Shown here: one piece after another, positions 37,808 to 47,770 of the stretch
Layout: every line of letters begins with the position of its first letter
How positions within the stretch are numbered: position 1 is the stretch's first letter
DNA from: Eubacteriales bacterium
GTDB taxonomy: Bacteria > Bacillota > Clostridia > Oscillospirales > QAKW01
Assembly: GCA_045539335.1 (NCBI GenBank)
Contig: JAZQFD010000007.1
Span: forward strand, 18,986-82,985
DNA: 64,000 bases
Direction: 5' to 3'
Notes under the pieces: model-generated
The model's database searches: none
What the model saw: only the letters and a program-made list of their open reading frames with translations
Told to the model about the DNA's origin: nothing
Position numbers and translations under genes: made by a program

Positions 37808-37886
37808 ACTTTACAACCCATAAAATATATAGTATAATTATGCTGTATGATTATGAGACTATCTCTTGCAAAGGAGATTTTGACCA

Positions 37887-39203
37887 ATGAGTGAGAATAA
37901 TAAGCGAAATATCACCGGTTCTTATCCCGGCGCAGGCGGCGGGACCAACCGTCCCAAGCGGGTGAATCCCACCGGCTCTTATCAAAGAAAAAAGCGGTTT
38001 CCTGCAGAGCCTGTTCAGGAAAAGCCGATCCTTTGGGATGAGAAAATGGGAGCCCAAGAGCCTGTTATTGAGGCGGAAAAGGTCGAAGAGAAGCCGGCCG
38101 CCCCCAAGAAAAATAAAGCTCGGTTGAATGGCGCATTCTGGAAAGAAATTCTAAATAAATACTGGAAAACCCTGGCATTTTATTCTTGCGTGCTGGTGGT
38201 CAGTATTGCGCTGGCAAGCTGGGTTTGCCACATTGGGAATGAACTGCTGGGCTTGGTGCGTCCGGATAAGGAATATACCGTTCAGATTGCCGAAAACAGC
38301 AGCACCATGACCATCGCCAAGGAATTGAAAAAAACAGGGATCATCGATCACCCTTATGTATTCCGGCTTTATTGCAAGCTCAAAAAGGCCGATGGTGCCT
38401 TCAAATTTGGCGAATATACTCTTAACAGTCGGTGGGATTATAATCGACTGATCTCCTCTCTGAAGCGGTCTCCCTCCAATAAGACCGCCGTATCCTTTGT
38501 GATCGAAGCGGGGGATACCCAGGCAGATTTTGTTGCCAACCTTTGCGACACCCTCAAGTATTTGGAGCGAGAGGAACTGGAGGATGTACTGCAGAACTAT
38601 GATTTTTCCGATTATTCCTTCCTAAAAGGCCTTTCCAAGCGCAATGCTCGGCTGGAGGGATATCTTTATCCGGATACTTATGAAATGTATTCAGGCGAAT
38701 CCGCCTTAGCAGTGGTTCAGCGGATTTTGGATCGCTTCCAAGAAAAAGTGCTCACCGAAGAAAACCGCAAGAAGATGGATGCCTCCGGCTATAGCGTGGA
38801 TCAACTGATCACGCTGGCCTCTGTTTTGCAAAAAGAGGGCGGCAATGCCATGGCCAAGGAGGCAGGAGTTTATTTCAACCGCCTGAAGGATCAGGCCTAT
38901 CCCTATCTGGAATCCAGTGCGGCGGTAGCCTATGTGTTGCCCGCCGGCAGTGCCGTCACCGCCACGGAGATTAAAATCAACGATCCTTATAATACCTATC
39001 GATGGGCAGGGCTGACCCCCGGTCCCATCTCCAATCCGGGCGCCGATGCCATTGCTGCAGTGCTGACGCCGGAATGGTCCGATTATAAATATTTTGCCGT
39101 TCAGGGCGATGGGGCAACCCTCTTTGCCGTGGATTATGCAACGCACCTGAAAAATTTGAAAGTAACCGGCGAGGGTGCCCGGGGAACGGGGACGATCCTT
39201 TGA
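37887..39203 (+). CDS. mltG: Endolytic murein transglycosylase MltG (YceG-like)
   Basis: 438 aa with a basic N-terminus and one TM helix. It shows YPDTYEMY and DPYNTYRWAGLTPGPISNPG. Confidence 0.88.
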   Translation: MSENNKRNITGSYPGAGGGTNRPKRVNPTGSYQRKKRFPAEPVQEKPILWDEKMGAQEPVIEAEKVEEKPAAPKKNKARLNGAFWKEILNKYWKTLAFYSCVLVVSIALASWVCHIGNELLGLVRPDKEYTVQIAENSSTMTIAKELKKTGIIDHPYVFRLYCKLKKADGAFKFGEYTLNSRWDYNRLISSLKRSPSNKTAVSFVIEAGDTQADFVANLCDTLKYLEREELEDVLQNYDFSDYSFLKGLSKRNARLEGYLYPDTYEMYSGESALAVVQRILDRFQEKVLTEENRKKMDASGYSVDQLITLASVLQKEGGNAMAKEAGVYFNRLKDQAYPYLESSAAVAYVLPAGSAVTATEIKINDPYNTYRWAGLTPGPISNPGADAIAAVLTPEWSDYKYFAVQGDGATLFAVDYATHLKNLKVTGEGARGTGTIL

Positions 39204-39205
39204 GT

Positions 39206-40402
39206 ATGGAACTGCTTGCCCCTGCGGGCAATTTTGAAAAACTGCGCTATGCCCTAGCCTATGGCGCCGATGCGGTCTATGGAGCCTATCGCTCTTTTGG
39301 CTTACGAGCCGCCGGCGATAATTTTGATGAAGAGGGCTTAAAAGAAGCCATTGAGTATTGCCATGAGCGTGGCAAGAAAATGTATATCACCGTCAATATT
39401 TATCCCACCTCAGAGGATCTGAAGGCCTTGCCCGCTTTTTTTGAATTGCTGGAAGCCTTAAGACCCGATGGAATGATTATTGCCGATCTCGGGGTGATGA
39501 CCTTGGCCAAGCAGTATGCACCCCATGTTCCCATTCATGTGTCCACCCAAGCCAATGTCACCAATGCAGAAACCGCTAAGGTTTTGGCCTCCTTGGGCGC
39601 CAAACGGATCGTTTTGGCAAGAGAGATGCCCTTAGAGGAAATCAAGACTTTGCGGAAGGCGCTGCCTCAAGAGGTGGAGCTGGAGGTATTTGCCCATGGG
39701 GCAATGTGTATCTCCTATTCCGGTCGCTGCCTTTTATCGGCGGCCATGACCGGCCGCAGTGCCAACCATGGTGCCTGCGCCCATCCTTGCCGCTGGAATT
39801 ATGCGCTGATGGAAGAGCAGCGCCCCGGCGAATATTTTCCCATTGAGGAAGACGGCCGAGGCACCTATATTATGAACTCCAAAGACCTTTGTCTCATTGA
39901 ATACTTAAAAGAATTGGAAGAGGCAGGGGTTGCGTCTCTCAAAATCGAGGGGCGGATGAAAAGCTTTTATTATGCCGCCTGTGTCAGCCGTGCATATCGC
40001 AAGGCGCTGGACGATCTTTCGGCAGGCAAGCCCTATGATCCTCTGCTGAAAGAGGAATTGCGAGCCGTTTCTCATCGGGATTACACGGCGGGCTTTTTCT
40101 TTGGCGATCCGGGGAAAGAAGCCCAAGAGCCTGAAAACGGCGGTTATATCCGGCAAACGGATGTGGTGGCGGTTGCCACCCAAGAGCCGGGGCTTTTTAT
40201 TCAGAAGAATAAGTTTTCCAAAGGGGAGACCTTAGAGGTCTTATCCCCTGTGGGAGATCCTTATGAAATTTTGGTGGAAGAGCTTTTGAATGAGGCGGGG
40301 GAGCCCATCGAAAGTGCGCCCCATGCCCAAATGAAGGTGCGGCTTCCTTTGAATCTCCCCCTTTACAGTATTTTACGCAGAAACAGAAAGGCAATGTTAT
40401 GA
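39206..40402 (+). CDS. Peptidase U32 family protein
   Basis: [25 protein letters not shown], the typical U32 N-terminus. [19 protein letters not shown] is also present. Confidence 0.88.
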   Translation: MELLAPAGNFEKLRYALAYGADAVYGAYRSFGLRAAGDNFDEEGLKEAIEYCHERGKKMYITVNIYPTSEDLKALPAFFELLEALRPDGMIIADLGVMTLAKQYAPHVPIHVSTQANVTNAETAKVLASLGAKRIVLAREMPLEEIKTLRKALPQEVELEVFAHGAMCISYSGRCLLSAAMTGRSANHGACAHPCRWNYALMEEQRPGEYFPIEEDGRGTYIMNSKDLCLIEYLKELEEAGVASLKIEGRMKSFYYAACVSRAYRKALDDLSAGKPYDPLLKEELRAVSHRDYTAGFFFGDPGKEAQEPENGGYIRQTDVVAVATQEPGLFIQKNKFSKGETLEVLSPVGDPYEILVEELLNEAGEPIESAPHAQMKVRLPLNLPLYSILRRNRKAML

Positions 40403-41412
40403 GCAAAGTGACCATCCCTGCCGGCTACCGTCCGGCATTATCCCTATATGATACTCAAAAGGCCATCGGTCTGATCAAGCGGTTGTTTGAAGATATGCTT
40501 TGCGGCGCACTGAATCTGCGGCGGGTGTCTTCGCCGCTGTTTGTGCCCTCGGACTCCGGCCTCAATGATAACCTCAATGGCGTGGAGCGCCCTGTTTGGT
40601 TTGATGTGAAGGATACCGGCAGCAATGCAGAAGTGGTTCATTCCTTGGCCAAATGGAAGCGTCAGGCCCTGAGAGATTATGGCTTTCAGCATGATACCGG
40701 CCTTTATGCCGATATGAATGCCATTCGGCGGGATGAGGAACTGGACAACCTTCATTCCATTTATGTGGATCAATGGGATTGGGAGAAGATCATCTCCGAA
40801 GAGGAGCGAACCAAGGAATACTTAAAATCAGTGGTCGATAAGATCGTTGGTGCCATCTGCGATACCGAGCAGACCCTGCGCATCATGTTCCCTCAGCTGA
40901 ATGTACGCCCTGCCTTAAAGCGGGAGGTTACTTATATTACCACTCAGGAACTGGAGGATCGTTATCCGAATCTGAGTGCCAAGGAGCGGGAAAATGCCAT
41001 TGTGAAGGAGTGCGGCGTGGTCTTTTTGATGGAGATCGGCGGAAAGTTGAAATCCGGCAAGCCTCATGACGGTAGAGCTCCGGACTATGACGATTGGACC
41101 TTGAATGGCGATATCCTTCTTTGGAATGATACCCTGCAGCAGGCCTTCGAGATCTCTTCCATGGGCATTCGGGTCAGCCCCGAGAGTCTGGCTGAGCAGC
41201 TGAAGATTGCCGGCTGCGAGGATCGGCGAGAGTTGCCCTTCCATAAAGCCCTTTTGGCAGGAGAATTACCCCTGACCATCGGCGGTGGCATTGGTCAAAG
41301 CCGCCTTTGCATGCTGCTGCTGGGCAGTGCCCATATCGGCGAGGTGCAATCCTCTATTTGGGATGAGAAAACTCTGAACACCTGCAAAGAGGCAGGCATC
41401 CCCATCCTTTAA
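40399..41412 (+). CDS. asnA: Aspartate--ammonia ligase
   Basis: 337 aa with [16 protein letters not shown] and [16 protein letters not shown]. The ATG overlaps the upstream stop. Confidence 0.92.
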   Translation: MSKVTIPAGYRPALSLYDTQKAIGLIKRLFEDMLCGALNLRRVSSPLFVPSDSGLNDNLNGVERPVWFDVKDTGSNAEVVHSLAKWKRQALRDYGFQHDTGLYADMNAIRRDEELDNLHSIYVDQWDWEKIISEEERTKEYLKSVVDKIVGAICDTEQTLRIMFPQLNVRPALKREVTYITTQELEDRYPNLSAKERENAIVKECGVVFLMEIGGKLKSGKPHDGRAPDYDDWTLNGDILLWNDTLQQAFEISSMGIRVSPESLAEQLKIAGCEDRRELPFHKALLAGELPLTIGGGIGQSRLCMLLLGSAHIGEVQSSIWDEKTLNTCKEAGIPIL

Positions 41413-41416
41413 TGAA

Positions 41417-41453
41417 AAAAGCTCCGTTAGAGGAATCTCTAACGGAGCTTTTA
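41417..41453. terminator. Bidirectional terminator
   Basis: GCTCCGTTAGAGgaatCTCTAACGGAGC, a 12-bp stem with flanking A/T tracts. Confidence 0.75.
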
Positions 41454-41466
41454 CTTTATTCATGGT

Positions 41467-41880
41467 TTATTTTCTTTTTTTGGATTTAAGGGTGAGGAGC
41501 ACTCCTCCGATGCTGCCGATCAAAAGGCCGGAAAAGGTATATACGTAAATAAAGTAGTCCATGAATTGATCATACCAAAAGGTGGAGATCAATTCTTGGT
41601 CATCGGGGAGATTGACCACGCATTCAAAGGTCCAGCTCAGTTCTTGGGTCAAGCGAATGCCATGAAGGACCAAAAGCCCTGCCACCGGCAGCAGCATTAA
41701 AAGCAGTACCCAAGGCTTGCGCTTTTTCCATAAGGCAAGAGCAATAAACACCCCTGCCGCCAAAACCACACTCAGGAGGATGATCATCAGATCCTCCGGA
41801 ATGGCTTGGCTTTTAAAAATGCCCAAGAGGGAAAGGATTCCCCCCACCCCCGCCAAAAGGGCGCCGATTATCTTCTTCAT
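41467..41880 (-). CDS. Small integral membrane protein, unknown function
   Basis: 137 aa with 4 predicted TM segments. The ATG overlaps the stop of the upstream LamG-phosphoesterase gene. Confidence 0.6.
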   Translation of the reverse strand: MKKIIGALLAGVGGILSLLGIFKSQAIPEDLMIILLSVVLAAGVFIALALWKKRKPWVLLLMLLPVAGLLVLHGIRLTQELSWTFECVVNLPDDQELISTFWYDQFMDYFIYVYTFSGLLIGSIGGVLLTLKSKKRK

Positions 41881-43541
41881 TGCTCATCACTTTCTACCGG
41901 CACTTTCTTCTTTTTGAGAAGAAAGAAGGAAACGGCGGCAACCGCAATGACTAAAAGGCCGCCAATACCGATCCAAAGCCAAGGAGTAGAGGATTCTTTA
42001 TCTAAAAGATCCAATTCAAAGGAGAATTGATTTTCCGATAAGTAGAAGGCCTTTCGGTCGGTGGAATAATGCTCCACTTCAACCTTTCTTCCGTCCTGGG
42101 AGAAGTAAAGCATGGTCACCACGCCGATCCCGTCCAGATCATGGTCGGCGCTTTGGGGATTGATCATCATTTGGGTCACGGTATTGCCGCAATCTCCCTG
42201 AACTTGAGACAGGGCAATCTGTGTGCTTCCGTTTACGTGCCCGCAAAGGACCAAGGTGATGTTTTCGTGTTTACGAATCAGCTTTTCCCAGATTTCCTGA
42301 CCACTGTTGCCATTTTTGTTTTCTTTTGTAGAGGCGATCTCTCCGTTACTAGTGAGATAATGATGGGTGCTGATGATCACATTTCGATCGGGATGAGCGG
42401 CGATCACCTCGTTTGCCCATTCCAGCGCACTATCGGACACATTGTAGTCCAGTGCCATGCTCATATAAGGAATATCCCCCACCTCAAAGCAAGAGTAACT
42501 GTTGAGCATATTTTCATTGAAACAGCCGTGAGTCTCCTCATATTCGGAATAGTCAAACATCAATTTGAAATCTTTTGCCTGATCGTGGTTCCCACGTACT
42601 ACTGTATAGGGAAGCTTACCGGTAAGGCGATCAAAGCAAGGCCAGATGTTGGTCCATTCACGATCACTGCTTCCATGGGTCAGATCTCCTACAGTGAATA
42701 AATGCTTGATGTTTTTCTCCTCGATGTTTTCCTCGATCCAATCAAACATAGCGGTGAGCTTTTCCGGATGCAGGTTGGTGAGCCATTGGGGATCGCCTAA
42801 AACGGCAAAAGAGAAAGAATAATCCTTTGCCGGCTTTTTATCGGCCACCCAAATGCTTTTTAAAATCATGTCGTTTTTATTGCCGCTCTTATCGGGGATC
42901 ACCTCGGGCCGTCCCCCTGCGGAAAGATCATAGGCCATCATCAGCCCATCCTGATCCAAGGTACCGGTAGAATCGGCGGCGATTTCTTGGGCAGTACGCA
43001 GATCACTGTAAAGAGCGGCGTTTTTTAAAGCACCCTTAAAGCGGCCGCGATTGGCACTTCGATCATCGGTGGCAAGGCCAAGGGAATAATGAAGGGCAAC
43101 CTCTCCGGGAAATTCCTGAACCATGGAGTCCACCGCTTCACCGTTGATATAGCAGGTAACGGTATCGGTTGCCTGATCCAAAGTAATGGCAAGATGAATC
43201 CATTCGCCGGTAAACACATTCACATTGGTAAAGGAAGCGCTTTTTCCGCCGTCGTCTTCATTGGAAAGAAAAAGATAGGGGTGTCCTTCGGTGGTAACGC
43301 CGAAAACTAAGCCGGAAGTTGTGGAAGTCATGTAACTGCCGAAGATGACGTTGGGGTCTTCACATTCGGTGTCAACAGGAAACTTCAAGGTCGCTTCGTA
43401 AGTGGTCGGCAGTTGAGCGGGCAGCTCCTTGGTATAGTATTGATACTCAGGGTCAAAAACCATTCCTTCTTCCTCTGCCGTCGCTACCGGGCAAACCAGA
43501 AGAAGCGCCAGCACTAAAAAGATTGCACTGATTCGTTTCAT
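41877..43541 (-). CDS. Secreted LamG/ConA-like lectin domain plus calcineurin-like metallophosphoesterase, with C-terminal TM anchor
   Basis: I use the start MKRISAIFLVLALLLV behind an AAGGAG RBS. It shows FTGEWIHLAITLD..CYINGE (LamG-like). The phosphoesterase motifs are GDPQ, GDLTH, GNHD and CGHVNG. The C-terminus is WLWIGIGGLLVIAVAAVSFFLLKKKK. Confidence 0.8.
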   Translation of the reverse strand: MKRISAIFLVLALLLVCPVATAEEEGMVFDPEYQYYTKELPAQLPTTYEATLKFPVDTECEDPNVIFGSYMTSTTSGLVFGVTTEGHPYLFLSNEDDGGKSASFTNVNVFTGEWIHLAITLDQATDTVTCYINGEAVDSMVQEFPGEVALHYSLGLATDDRSANRGRFKGALKNAALYSDLRTAQEIAADSTGTLDQDGLMMAYDLSAGGRPEVIPDKSGNKNDMILKSIWVADKKPAKDYSFSFAVLGDPQWLTNLHPEKLTAMFDWIEENIEEKNIKHLFTVGDLTHGSSDREWTNIWPCFDRLTGKLPYTVVRGNHDQAKDFKLMFDYSEYEETHGCFNENMLNSYSCFEVGDIPYMSMALDYNVSDSALEWANEVIAAHPDRNVIISTHHYLTSNGEIASTKENKNGNSGQEIWEKLIRKHENITLVLCGHVNGSTQIALSQVQGDCGNTVTQMMINPQSADHDLDGIGVVTMLYFSQDGRKVEVEHYSTDRKAFYLSENQFSFELDLLDKESSTPWLWIGIGGLLVIAVAAVSFFLLKKKKVPVESDEQ

Positions 43542-43571
43542 TATTTTTGTCTCCTTATAATTCAAATCCAT

Positions 43572-43708
43572 TGGTTAAAGATCTTCTTTGGTACCGGCAA
43601 TTTGAAGACATCGGAGCCTTCTGAATTTCCCGGGGAAGGCTTGGTTTAAAAGAGGCTCAAAAGGGTTCCTCCCATTCCTGCCGAAAGGGCGCCGGTTATC
43701 TTCTTCAT
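43572..43708 (-). pseudogene. Decayed, truncated copy of the small membrane protein gene
   Basis: The minus strand reads MKKITGALSAGMGGTLLSLF*, versus MKKIIGALLAGVGGILSLLGIF in 41467..41880. Nucleotide homology continues with indels, then stops. Confidence 0.65.
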
Positions 43709-45441
43709 TATTTATCGTTTGCTACAGGCGCTTTCTTCTTTTTCAGCAGAATCAAGAGGACTCCGGCGGCGATCACTACGGTTGCTCCGCCAATACCGAT
43801 CCAAAGCCAAGGAGTAGTGGATTCTTTGTCTAAAAGATACAATTCAAAGGAGAATTGGTTTTCCTCCAAAAAGTAGGCCTCTTCCACAGTAGAATAATGC
43901 TCCACCTGTACCTTAGAACCATCTTCAGAAAAGTACAGCATGGTTACAATCCCCACTCCGTCCAGCTCACGGTCTATGCGCTGAGGATTGATGATCATTT
44001 GGGTAACGGTGTTTCCGTGAACGCCTTTTTCCTGAACGGTTTTAATCAGATCGGTGGTGTAAATATGTCCGCAGAGGACTAAAGTGATATTTTGGTGCTT
44101 GCAGATGAGTTTGTCCCACATATCGGCGCCGTAGTTGCCGGAAGAAGAGGTATCAACCGCTTCCTCTTCATCCTCGTCGAGGTTACTTGTAGCGGTGCTG
44201 GAGGTTCGATTGCCTAAATTATTCATGTAACTATGGGTCATAACAATTACATTGCGGTCCGAATGCTCGGCAACAACGCCGTTTGCCCATTCCAATACCT
44301 CATCGGAGGGCATATAATCCAATGCCAAGATCAGGAAAGGAACATCGCCCACATCAAAGCATTTATAAGTATTCAGCATGGTATCGTCAAAGGTACCGTC
44401 TACAGTGGAGCCGTATTCTTCAAGAGAAATATTCTTTGTAAACTGTTTCTTGGAATCGTGGTTGCCACGAATCAGCGAGTAGGGAACAACATCGTTTAAT
44501 TCTTCCAAGGCTCCTTCAAACATCATCCATTCGCCGGAGCTGTTTTTATGAGTAAGATCTCCCAAAGTAAACACCCGTTGAATCTTCTTTTCTTCCGTGT
44601 TTTCTGCAATCCACATATACATAGACATCAGTTTTTCCGGGTTGCGTTGGGTCAAATACTGAGGATCCCCCACAACGGCAAAGGAGAAAGCATAATCCTC
44701 TACCGGCTCTTTTTCGGTGATCCAGCGATGTTTCAATTGAAGGTCGAATCCGTTTCCGCTTTGATCGGAAATGGTTTCGGGCAGGGAATCGGCTCCATAT
44801 TGGCTCAGATCATAGGAAACCAGCAAACCTTCGGCGGCTGATGTTCCTGCATAATCAGCCGCAATTTCATCGGCGGTGCGGATGTCGGAATAAAGGGCGG
44901 CATTGCGAATGCTGCCTTTAAAATAAAATTCATTCAGTCTTTGGTGATCGCTGCCAAGACCCAATGTATGGAGCATCTGCACAGTTTCGGGAGATTCGGC
45001 AGTAATGGTTTGCTTTAGTTGACCGTTGATATAGCAGGAGAGAGTGCCGCCTGCAGAATCCTTTGCGATGGCAATATGGACCCATTCTCCGGTATATACA
45101 TTGATTTGATCAAATTCATAGTAATGATAGGCTTTTTGGTCATCCACAATGATTAGCCCGGGGGTGCCGCCATCATCGATTCGAAATTGAAAGCCCGGAA
45201 CACTTTTTACCTGGTAATTGCCCAGAATCGCACCGCCCTTTTTTTCAGGATCATAGTCGGCGGGGAACTGAACGGTGGCCTCATAGGTGGCAGGTAATGT
45301 GGTCAACAGGTTTTCGGTGCGGTAATAATCTTCGGCGTGAAAGGTCATTCCCTCGGCGGTGGTTTCCGCCGTTACCGAAATGCCTGCTGTACAGGCCAGC
45401 AGAACGGTTAGCATCAAAAGAGTTGAAAGTATGCGTTTCAT
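43708..45441 (-). CDS. Paralogous LamG-like plus metallophosphoesterase protein with C-terminal TM anchor
   Basis: 577 aa with the same architecture and motifs (GDPQ, GDLTH, GNHD, CGHIY; WLWIGIGGATVVIAAGVLLILLKKKK). Confidence 0.8.
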   Translation of the reverse strand: MKRILSTLLMLTVLLACTAGISVTAETTAEGMTFHAEDYYRTENLLTTLPATYEATVQFPADYDPEKKGGAILGNYQVKSVPGFQFRIDDGGTPGLIIVDDQKAYHYYEFDQINVYTGEWVHIAIAKDSAGGTLSCYINGQLKQTITAESPETVQMLHTLGLGSDHQRLNEFYFKGSIRNAALYSDIRTADEIAADYAGTSAAEGLLVSYDLSQYGADSLPETISDQSGNGFDLQLKHRWITEKEPVEDYAFSFAVVGDPQYLTQRNPEKLMSMYMWIAENTEEKKIQRVFTLGDLTHKNSSGEWMMFEGALEELNDVVPYSLIRGNHDSKKQFTKNISLEEYGSTVDGTFDDTMLNTYKCFDVGDVPFLILALDYMPSDEVLEWANGVVAEHSDRNVIVMTHSYMNNLGNRTSSTATSNLDEDEEEAVDTSSSGNYGADMWDKLICKHQNITLVLCGHIYTTDLIKTVQEKGVHGNTVTQMIINPQRIDRELDGVGIVTMLYFSEDGSKVQVEHYSTVEEAYFLEENQFSFELYLLDKESTTPWLWIGIGGATVVIAAGVLLILLKKKKAPVANDK

Positions 45442-45454
45442 TTTTTATTTCTCC

Positions 45455-47599
45455 TCATAATTCAAATTCAACGGTTAAAAGGTCTTCCTCTTTAGCACTG
45501 TGGCCTACCAACAGTTGGAAGGCGCCGGGCTCTACCACCCGTTCCTCTTTGCGGTTGACCAAAGAGAAATCCATACGGTTGAGTTTGAATTCCACCGTTT
45601 TGGTTTCCCCTGCTTCCAATTCCACCTGTTTAAAGGCGATCAACTGGCGCAAGGGGGTCAGTACCGAAGAAACCATGTCTCGGAAATAGACCTGCACCGT
45701 CTCCAGACCCGCCCGATCGCCGGTGTTGGTCACCTCTACCGTGGCAGTAAGGGTGTCGGCATCAAAGGTCAGATTGTCATAAGCAAAGGTGGTATAGGAA
45801 AGACCTTCGCCGAAGGTAAAGAGAGGGTCTTTGGGCAGGTCGCAATACTTGCCTTCCACATACTGGCCGTTGCTTTTGCCGTGCCAGCCCAGAAGATGAT
45901 TGTAGTAAACCGGCATCTGCCCCGAGTGATAGGGGAAGGAGATGGGCAGGCGGCCCGAAGGGTTCAATTTGCCCAAGATGGCTTCCGCCACCGCCGTTCC
46001 TGCATGGGCACCACCGTTAAAGGCGATGACCAAGGCATCGGAGCCTTCCGCAATTTCGGGAATGGCCAAGGGCTTGGAGGCTACCAATACCGTCACAATG
46101 GGCTTGCCCAGTGCTTTCAATTGATAAAAGAGTTCTAATTGCTTGCCCGAAAGCTCCAGCTTGGCTCGGTCTTTTTTCTCGCCGATCTGGCAATGCTCAT
46201 CGCCAACCACATAAACGATTACATCGGCGCCTTTGGCGGTCTCTACTGCACCGGCAAGATCATCCGCTTCGCTTTCCATCGGTCCGCAACCGTAAGCATA
46301 GGTCACGGTAGCACCCAAGGCTTCAAAACCCTCTTTTAAGGTCACATAGGGGCGCTTGCCCGGATGGTCCGGCTTGGGCAGGGGATGGCTGAAATAGGTC
46401 CAGTCCCCGTATTGGGCCCTTACATCATCGGCATTCTTGCCGATGAGGGCGATTTTTTCGCTGCCCTTTAAGGGGAGCAGATTTTCATTTTTCAAAAGGG
46501 TAATGCTGCGGCGGGCGGCCTTCAGCGCCGCCTCTTGGTGGGCCTGACAGCCGATGCAATGGGCAACGCCCGCTTTGGCGGGCTTTTCAAAAAGCCCCAT
46601 CTTAAATTTAATGGTCAGAATATGGCGAACCGCCTCGTCGATCAGCGCCTCATCCAGCTTGCCTTCTTTTACCATCTGAATGGCGGGCTCGTAGAATTCG
46701 GGGCTGTTCATCATCATATCGTTTCCGCCCTCGGTGGAGAGAATGGCGGCTTCCTCATAGTTTGCGGCAACATATTGCTTCTCTACCAAGCTGGCATTGT
46801 TTTTCCAGTCGGTGACCACAAACCCTTCAAAGCCCATCTCATCCCGCAAAATATCCTTTAACAGGTGGTCGTCGGTGGTGGTAACGGTACCGTCCACCGA
46901 GCCGTAGGCAGTCATAAAGGTGGCGCAACCGGCATCCACCGCCTTTTGGAAGGGGGGCAAAAAGACCTCCCGAATCTTGCGGTAGGAAACCTCGGAATCA
47001 TAAGCGTCTCGGGCGCCGGTGGCCTCGCCGTAGGCAATAAAGTGCTTGGCGCAGGCTAAAATGCTGGTATCGTCGGCCAGATTTTCGCCCTGATAGCCTT
47101 CAATGGTGGCGGCGGCCAGCTCGCCCACTAAGTAAGGATCCTCGCCAAAGGTTTCATTCACCCGTCCCCAGCGCAGATCTCGTGCCAGGCAAAGCAGGGG
47201 AGAAAAGGTCCAATGCAGACCGTCGGTAGCCACCTCTCGAGCGGTTACCCGCCCCATCTCTCGGGCAATCTCCCGATCCCAGGAGCAGGCGCAAGCCAAC
47301 TGGGTGGGGAAAATGGTTCCATCTTCATTCAAGGAATGTCCCCGCACTGCATCGATCCCGAAAACCACCGGTATCCCTAAGCGGCTGTTGCAGGCGGCCT
47401 CTTGAATCTTGCGGGCATCCTCACCCAATACGTTCAAGAAAGAGCCCACACCCTTTTTGGCCCATTCCACCGCTTCTTCCACGCCCATTCGCTGTTGCTG
47501 GGTGTTGGAGGCACAGGGTAATTGCATCATTTGCGCAACCTTTTCTTCCAGGGTCATCTGTTGCAGCAAATCTTCCACACGTTGTTTGATGTTGTTCAT
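45455..47599 (-). CDS. Glycoside hydrolase family 3 beta-glucosidase
   Basis: 714 aa with KVAQMMQL, GFEGFVVTDW (nucleophile Asp) and a C-terminal FnIII-like domain. Confidence 0.9.
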   Translation of the reverse strand: MNNIKQRVEDLLQQMTLEEKVAQMMQLPCASNTQQQRMGVEEAVEWAKKGVGSFLNVLGEDARKIQEAACNSRLGIPVVFGIDAVRGHSLNEDGTIFPTQLACACSWDREIAREMGRVTAREVATDGLHWTFSPLLCLARDLRWGRVNETFGEDPYLVGELAAATIEGYQGENLADDTSILACAKHFIAYGEATGARDAYDSEVSYRKIREVFLPPFQKAVDAGCATFMTAYGSVDGTVTTTDDHLLKDILRDEMGFEGFVVTDWKNNASLVEKQYVAANYEEAAILSTEGGNDMMMNSPEFYEPAIQMVKEGKLDEALIDEAVRHILTIKFKMGLFEKPAKAGVAHCIGCQAHQEAALKAARRSITLLKNENLLPLKGSEKIALIGKNADDVRAQYGDWTYFSHPLPKPDHPGKRPYVTLKEGFEALGATVTYAYGCGPMESEADDLAGAVETAKGADVIVYVVGDEHCQIGEKKDRAKLELSGKQLELFYQLKALGKPIVTVLVASKPLAIPEIAEGSDALVIAFNGGAHAGTAVAEAILGKLNPSGRLPISFPYHSGQMPVYYNHLLGWHGKSNGQYVEGKYCDLPKDPLFTFGEGLSYTTFAYDNLTFDADTLTATVEVTNTGDRAGLETVQVYFRDMVSSVLTPLRQLIAFKQVELEAGETKTVEFKLNRMDFSLVNRKEERVVEPGAFQLLVGHSAKEEDLLTVEFEL

Positions 47600-47708
47600 G
47601 GCTTATACCTCTCTTGTGGGGAAAAGTTTTCTTTATTATATCAATAAATAAATAGGAATACAAGTCAAAGCGCCCAAAAAATCCGACATTTTGTCCCCCC
47701 TCCTCTCA

Positions 47709-47737
47709 TTGACGGATTCCTGAAGTTTTGATACAAT
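47709..47737 (+). promoter_or_regulatory. Sigma-70-type promoter for the 376-aa gene
   Basis: TTGACG, 17 nt, then TACAAT. Confidence 0.5.
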
Positions 47738-47770
47738 AAAAATATAAAAATAAATTGTGAGGAATAGCCC

